From NCBI GenBank assembly GCA_964016885.1, contig OZ024762.1:186001-250000 (forward strand): a stretch of 64,000 nt of DNA. Direction: 5' to 3'. Positions within the stretch are counted from its first letter, which is position 1, and the number at the start of each line of letters is the position of its first letter. Below, piece by piece: positions 55,820-64,000 of the stretch. Both the position numbers and the translations under genes were made by a program. Below the pieces are notes generated by a model. That model saw nothing but the letters and a program-made list of their open reading frames with translations. It searched no databases and was not told where the DNA came from. This DNA comes from Eledone cirrhosa. Its lineage: Eukaryota.

Positions 55820-56315
55820 CTGACCGCTACACCAACCACTACACCCACTGACCACTACACCCACCCACCGACCACTACACCAACCACTACACCCACCCAC
55901 TGACCACTACACCAACCACTACACCCACCCACCGACCACTACACCAACCACTACACCCACCCACTGACCACTACACCAACCACTACACCCACCCACTGAC
56001 CACTACACCAACTACTACACCCACCAACCACTACACCCACCCACCAACCACTACACCCACTCACTGACCACTACACCAACCACTACACCAACCCACCAAC
56101 CACTACACCCACTGACCACTACACCAACCACTACACCACTACACCAACTACTACACCCACCAACCACTACACCCACCCACCAACCACTACACCCACTCAC
56201 AGACCACTACACCAACCACTACACCCACCCACCAACCACTACACCCACTCACAGACCACTACACCAACCACTACACCCACTGACCACTACACCAACCACT
56301 ACACCACTACACCAA
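55820..56315 (+). repeat. ACCACTACACC-based minisatellite
   Basis: Direct tandem units with variable CCCA linkers. Confidence 0.9.
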
Positions 56316-56559
56316 ACTCTGGTCAAGTAAGATTACTTGAACCATTTCAAAGACAATAAATCACCTTTACTGACCTTTACACAAATATTGGACACTTTAT
56401 TATAATATTGGACTAAACACATTATCTATTTCTCTCTCTAGTGATATCTCTCTCTCTCACAAACACACAACTCTCTCTCTCCCTCTCTCTAGTGATATAT
56501 CTCTCTCTCTCTCTCTCTCCCTCTCTCTAGTGATATCTCTCTCTCACAAACACACAACA

Positions 56560-56596
<37 letters not shown>

Positions 56597-56917
56597 ACAA
56601 ACACACGACACTATCTCTCTCTCTCTTTCTCTCCCTCTCTCTAGTGATATCTCTCTCTCACAAACACGACACTATCTCTCTCTCTCTCTCCCTCCCTCTC
56701 TCTAGAGATATCTCTCTCTCACAAACACACAACTCTCTCTCTCCCTCTCTCTAATGATATCTCTCTCTCACAAACACACTACACTATCTCTCTCTCTCTC
56801 TAGTGATATCTCTCACTCACAAACACACACACAACCCTATCTCTCTCTCTCTCTAGTGATCTCTCTCCCCCACACACAACACACATGCTCTCTCTCAAGT
56901 CTTTCACTCCCACACTA

Positions 56918-56958
<41 letters not shown>

Positions 56959-56962
56959 AGTG

Positions 56963-57254
56963 ATGAGAGTGTTTCCATGGTACCAGATGTCCTAACACAA
57001 GAGTCTTTCCCTGGCTCCAGATGTCCTAACACAAGAGTCTTTCCCTGGCTCCAGATGTCCTAACATGAGAGTGTTTCCATTGTACCAGATGTCCTAACAC
57101 AAGAGTCTTTCCCTGGCTCCAGATGTCCTAACATGAGAATGTTTCCCTGACACCAGATGTCCTAACATGAGAATGTTTCCCTGACACCAGATGTCCTAAC
57201 ACAAGAGTCTTTCCCTGGCTCCAGATGTCCTAACATGAGAGTCTTTCCCTGGTT
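56963..57254 (+). repeat. 34-bp minisatellite CCAGATGTCCTAACACAAGAGTCTTTCCCTGGCT, ~8.5 copies
   Basis: Period 34 (56983, 57017, 57051...). Confidence 0.92.
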
Positions 57255-58233
57255 CTATCACAAGATGAGATGAGATAAGGTTAAAGGAAGTAAGGAGTGT
57301 TAATATAAGGGGAGATAAATACAGCCCCTTCCTTTATATTTTCTAACACCACTCTTCAGCACCAATCAACACGTTCCTGAATTTTAAGGATATTTTTTTA
57401 GTTTTTTTTCTATTTTCCCAAAGTTTTCTAAAAGTATATCCTTTAGCATTTAAACTGGCCATATCCACCTCTTTCTGTAAAGCCTTTACCATGAAAATAC
57501 AATAGTATATATAGAGTGATGTAAATGTTATGTGAGATATTATGTGAGGTAAAGCCTTTACTGTGAAAATACATTAGTATATATAGAGTAATGTAAATGT
57601 TATGTGAGATATTATGTGAGGTAAAGCCTTTACTGTGAAAATATAGAGTAATGTAAAGGTTAAAGGGTTAAAACAATATGGCCGCCACCTAACGTTCTAT
57701 CAACATTCAACGAATTTAACGATTTAATTGATTAATTAATAACTGATAAGAATATTTTTTATTTCAGTAGGGAGGACCAGGGAGGGTGAAGAAGGGGGTC
57801 TTGTGATGTTTCTATCACCAAGTTTGTTACTAATTACATTTTGTTCAACATATTTTATGTCTCTTCATCTTTATAAAGTGCACCTGTTTTTATATTAATT
57901 TACATTAATTAATGTTATGTAATTATTTAACAAACATGTTGATTTAAACAGTTATAACACAAAAGACTGTATTGTGTTCAAACATTAAAGTCTTTCCTGC
58001 AACACATCAAATCTCCCCAAGTCCAGACACGACAAATATTTGAACAAACAAAACTTTTCTGAAAATTTTATATTCAATCATTGAGTCTCTAAAATATGTT
58101 TACTGGGGAGGATAAAAAGTTATTATAAGATATACGCCCAGTGCACTCTGTAAAGTGGTTGTGTTGGTCCCATGATAGAATACACCCAGTACACTCTTTA
58201 AACATATATGTTATGATACCTTAAATCAGTACA

Positions 58234-58268
<35 letters not shown>

Positions 58269-58446
58269 TGCCATTTCAACAGTTAGTTCCAAATGCAATT
58301 TGGAACTAACTGTTGAAACAGCAAGAGCTCATCCGTCGGGGTCCTGACTCTTTCATATTACCAAACTCTGCTACACCAAGTATTGAGTATTCTGGTGAGT
58401 AATGGTCTAAACAGGTTTTTACTGCATCCATTTTGGTTGATATATA

Positions 58447-58501
<55 letters not shown>

Positions 58502-58516
58502 ATATATATATATATG

Positions 58517-58551
<35 letters not shown>

Positions 58552-59106
58552 ATGTATATATGTGTGTGTGTGTGTGGATTGGGAATTACCATTGTTCAGC
58601 TTAGTAGTTGATATTGAAGAAAGTAGAGTGTATGTATTGTAACATACATATATATATACTGTGTATATATACATATATACCTACAGACATAGATATATAC
58701 ATACAGATGACACCACAACCACCACTACTACTAACGCCACCACTACTACTAACGCCACCTCCTCCACTACTAACGCTGCCGCTGCCGCCACCACCACCAC
58801 TACTAACGCCACCACTACTAACGCCACCACCACCACCACCACTACTAACGCCACCACCACCACCACCACCACTACTAACGCCACCACCACCACCACCATC
58901 ACCACAACAAAGTCCAGTAATCCAAGCTCCAGTATTATCCACGAGATTCTAGTGAAAAGGGGACACATTAAGTCTGGGATTAAATTGTTAGGACACTTGG
59001 GATATAATATATACACATATACACATATATACACATATACACATATATACACACACACACACACATATACACTCACACACACTCATATATATGTATGCAT
59101 GTGTAA

Positions 59107-59152
<46 letters not shown>

Positions 59153-59301
59153 TTTTATATATATATATGTATATATATATATATGCAGGCAAATAAACAC
59201 AATCAAGACATTGTGTACAACATACGAACATATATATATATATAAACACAGTACATATACTCACATACATACACACGCACACACACACACATATGTATAT
59301 A

Positions 59302-59355
<54 letters not shown>

Positions 59356-59403
59356 GCAGTACATATACTCACATACATACATACACACACACATATGTAT
59401 ATA

Positions 59404-59445
<42 letters not shown>

Positions 59446-59601
59446 GCAGTACATATACTCACATACATACACACACACATATATATATATATACACACAC
59501 CCACACAAGACATTGTATATAACATTGAAATCCTGTCAAAGTTTTAAAAAGCTTTTCTTTCCATTTCCATAAGAAGGCAAAAACATGGAGAGAATTGGTC
59601 G

Positions 59602-59646
<45 letters not shown>

Positions 59647-60707
59647 ACCACATATATATATCTACCACATATATATCTACCACATATATATATACACCAA
59701 ATATATATATACACCAAATATATATATACACCAAATATATATATACACCAAATATATATATACATGTTTCAGACATTAAACATTGATGTTTAAAATTTCC
59801 AAAAATTTCCAAAACTATTCAAAGAGATTTTTTTAATCTCAGGGAAAGATGTAATCTAGATGTAGTGACAACTGTTGTATTGTTGCTACTACCACTGTAA
59901 CTACAGCATATTGACACTAACATCCATACCACCATCACACTACCACCACCAACACACTACCACTAACATCACTGCCACTACTACCACCACCATCACACTA
60001 CCACCAACATCACTGCCACTACTACCACCACCATCACACTACCACCAACATCACTGCCACTACTACCACCAACATCACTGCCACTACTACCACCACCATC
60101 ACACTACCACCATCACACTACCACTATCACACTACCACCATCACACTACCACCAACACACTACCACTAACATCACCACCATAATGGTACTTTTTTCTGCA
60201 ACTTTCTACAGGGGTATGTCCTTCCTATCATCAACTACTTTACAGCGTGTGCTGGGTGTGTTTATCATGTAGATCACCAACACTAAGGAAGCTGTCATGT
60301 ATTCAACACAAACTGAAGGGTCCTCTTGACCCATTGTTTGGCAAACTTTCTACCGCTAGATGCCCTTCCTATCACCTTTACAGAGTGTACTTGGCGTAAT
60401 GTCAAGAGTTTCTGGAGAACAGATAAAGGAAAAAGTGTGCTCTATGTGAAATAGAGAGCCAAAATATATTATTATAAACTCTCAACACAGGTGCTTGTTA
60501 CCTCGGGTTTCAAAGCATACTCTAACATAGATCATAGAGATACTATGTAAACTACTGCTGCTGATCTTTTAGGCAAGATTATGATAGTCATATATATATA
60601 TATGTATATATATGTATGTGTGTGTGTGTGTAAGTTTATATATGTATATTTATTATATGCATGCATATATGTATATTTATATATGTATGTATATTTATAT
60701 TTATATA

Positions 60708-60756
<49 letters not shown>

Positions 60757-60801
60757 ATATGTGTGTATATTTATATTTGTATATGTATGTATATTTATAT
60801 A

Positions 60802-60852
<51 letters not shown>

Positions 60853-60929
60853 ATATGTATGTAAGTTTATATATGTATGTATGTTTATATACGTACACAT
60901 ATATATCTATGTATGCATGTTTATATACG

Positions 60930-61046
<117 letters not shown>

Positions 61047-61148
61047 GTATATGTATATATATATATATGTATATATATATTATATATATATATACATATA
61101 TATATATGTATATACATATATATATATGTATATGTACGTATATATATG

Positions 61149-61204
<56 letters not shown>

Positions 61205-61211
61205 CATATAT

Positions 61212-61244
<33 letters not shown>

Positions 61245-61669
61245 CATTTACATACTTACACACACAAATATATATCTATAAATCAATGTAATCTATGTGA
61301 GTGTATATATATATATATATAGATAAATGAGAGGTATAGAGATTGTTTTAGCAAGAAGCTAACGGCATTCTATAACATATATATATATATATATACACAC
61401 GTGTGTGTATATATGTGGTAAGTGGTAAACTATAGCCAAAAGCTTCTAGACTTTTCTATCAATGATCCTTTGTTAAATTCCATGTTTCCTCTGGACACAT
61501 ATGTAAATTGTCACAACAATCATTTAACATCCATCTTTCTATGCTTACGTGGTATATATATACACACACACTTATATATATATATATATATATATACAAA
61601 CACACTTATATATATATATATATATATACATACATATATATATATATATACATATATATATACATACAT

Positions 61670-61722
<53 letters not shown>

Positions 61723-61781
61723 TATATACATACATACACACATATATATATATATATATATAAATATATATAAATATATAT

Positions 61782-61814
<33 letters not shown>

Positions 61815-62500
61815 TATGTTTGTGTGTGTCTGTATATGTATGTATATATATATATGTATACATAAACATACATATACGCACACCATATACATACATTTGC
61901 ACACACCATATACACACCATATATACGCCATATATATATATATATATATATATACAGGGGTTAAGACAAAAACCATCTCTCCAATATCTTACCAAAGAAT
62001 TTCTCATTGAAAACCAACCAAAACAAAATAAAACCACAGAATCCCACAGGGGCTGGCAACTTATTAAGTTTTTAATCAATATCATTGTGTGTGTGTGTGT
62101 GTGTATTTATGTGTGTGTGTGTATGTATATATATATATGTGTGTGTGTATCTATATATCTATGTGTGTGTGTGTATATATATATATATATGTATGTGCAT
62201 GTATATGTGTATATATATGAGTGTGTGTGAGTGTGTGTGTGCTTGTATGTATGTATGTGTGTCTGTATGCCTGTATGTGTGTGTGTATGCCTGTGTGTGT
62301 GTGTGTATGCCTGTGTGTGTGTGTGTGTGTGTGTGTGTGCCTGTGTGTGTGTGTGTATGCCTGTGTGTGTGTGTATATGCCTGTGTGTGTGTGTGTATGC
62401 CTGTGTGTGTGCCTCTGTATCTGTGTGTATAGGTAAACACCAATAATGGCTAACTCAATACAGAGATGCAGTTTCTCAACATTTCTTTCCTCTTCTCTCT

Positions 62501-62540
62501 ATCTTCTGATGAAGGACTAGTGCCCGAAACGTCAACACTC
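62501..62540 (+). ncRNA. Ultra-minimal hammerhead-like motif (same family as 25326-25361)
   Basis: TCTT-CTGATGA-AGGACTAGTGCCC-GAAA-CG-TC-AACA, followed by the family tail ending AATATATTTCTTCATTGTACTG. Confidence 0.5.
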
Positions 62541-62831
62541 TTTCCCTACTCTATCAAGTATTAAACTAATATATTTCTTCATTGTACTGTATTGTTTGGT
62601 TTGTTGTTGTTAGCGCTGTTGTTGTTTCTGTTGTTGTTATTGTTGTTACTGTTATTGTTGTTATTGTTGATGTTGTTGTTGTTACAGTTGTTAAAGTTGT
62701 TATTGTTGATGTTGTTGTTAAAGTTGTTGTTGTTGTTGTTGTTAAAGTTGTTGTTGTTGTTGTTTTCTGTTTAAACGTCATACAATAAATACCAAAAGAT
62801 CTTTTGGGAATTTCTGAGAGAAATAATAATT

Positions 62832-63030
62832 GTTGGATTGGCCGTGGGACCGGTAGAGCGTCGGACACCATGCTTTGCAGCATAGAGTTATGGCCCTTTG
62901 CGGTCTGAGTTCAAATCCCGCTAAGGTTAACTTTGCCTTTCATCCATACGGGGTCATTAAAATAAAGTACCAGTAATACACTGGAGTAATTGCTGGCCTT
63001 GTGCCAAAAGTAGAAACAATTATTATTATT
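62832..63030 (+). mobile_element. SINE family A
   Basis: Same B box, central domain and (ATT)n tail. Confidence 0.85.
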
Positions 63031-63804
63031 ATTACATTTTAAAACTTCATCCATCGTCTTAATTTAATGTCAGTTGTCAAATTTATATTTTAACTTCAAT
63101 TTTAATTCTAATTTTTAATTAATTCCTCTTAATGAATTCTACACACAACAAAAAACAAATAAAAAATCTAGAAATGAATAATTAAATAATTAAATATAAA
63201 AATATGAAAAAAAACTAAATCAGAAATTTAGAAATGATCAACGTTAAAACTTGAAATTTTGAAATGTTCTGGAAATTCTAATTTGAAAGTTTTTTTTTTT
63301 ATTTTATTTTAATTTCAATTTTAAAGTTTTCGTTGTGAGTTAAATCTGGTTTAACTGTTTCTCATTAAAACGATTTTCGTGTTTTGGTAAATATTCTTCT
63401 TATTAATGTGGTGGTGGGCTGGGGATGGGGGGGGGGTGTCTGTGCATGGTAGGTGTGCCTTGTGTGTGCATATGGTGTATATAGTGTGTGTGTGTGTGCA
63501 TAATGAGTGTGACATGTTTGTGTGTGTGTATGGTGTATGATGTGTGTGTGGTGTATGGTGTGTGTGTGGTGTATGGTGTGTGTATGTGTGTGTGTGTGGT
63601 GAGTGTAGCATGTAGTTAATAAAGGAAACAAAACAAATACGGAAATGCAAAAATACAGTTATATTAGTTTCACGCTTGATATATATATATATACCACTTT
63701 TTTTTCTTAAAATCACCCTCCACCTTATAAGGCCTACGGTCAGTTTAGGTTACTGGTTAGCAGAGTTCTAGTGTTGTAGTGGCCCTGGGTCAGGTTGGGT
63801 TACT

Positions 63805-64000
63805 AGCTAGTGGAGTTATAGTGCTGCAGTGGTCCTTAAATTAAACCACAATGGTAACTAGGGGAGTTCTAGTGCTGCAGTGGTCCTTAAGTTAAACCAC
63901 AATGGTAACTAGTGGAGTTATAGTGCTGCAGTGGTCCTTAAATTAAGCCACAATGGTAACTAGTGGAGTTCTAGTGCTGCAGTGGTCCTTAAATTAAACC
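63805..64000 (+). repeat. 51-bp minisatellite running off the window end
   Basis: TGCAG at 63825, 63876, 63927 and 63978. Confidence 0.9.

Overview
Eukaryotic, AT-rich DNA dense in microsatellites. The repeat landscape (tRNA-derived SINEs, RTE LINEs with (GAT)n tails, very dense (TA)n/(CA)n/(GGT)n tracts) most resembles an octopus or other cephalopod genome, which is an inference. Almost all of the supplied ORFs are simple-repeat artefacts. The one well-supported gene is INTS13 (asunder, Integrator subunit 13) on the minus strand: 11 phase-compatible GT-AG exons between 25650 and 782 (1349 nt, about 449 codons). I did not find its N-terminal or last exons in the window. The rest is introns or intergenic DNA with two SINE families, two RTE LINE families, an ~80-bp Tc1/mariner-type MITE, piggyBac-like MITEs and several minisatellites. 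The most notable non-coding signal is more than ten type I hammerhead-ribozyme motifs (CUGANGA-stem II-GAAA-short palindromic stem III-UH). They belong to several short Penelope-like fold-back element families, and some show covarying stems. Two lie in sense orientation inside INTS13 introns. All analysis was by eye, with no searches or folding software.
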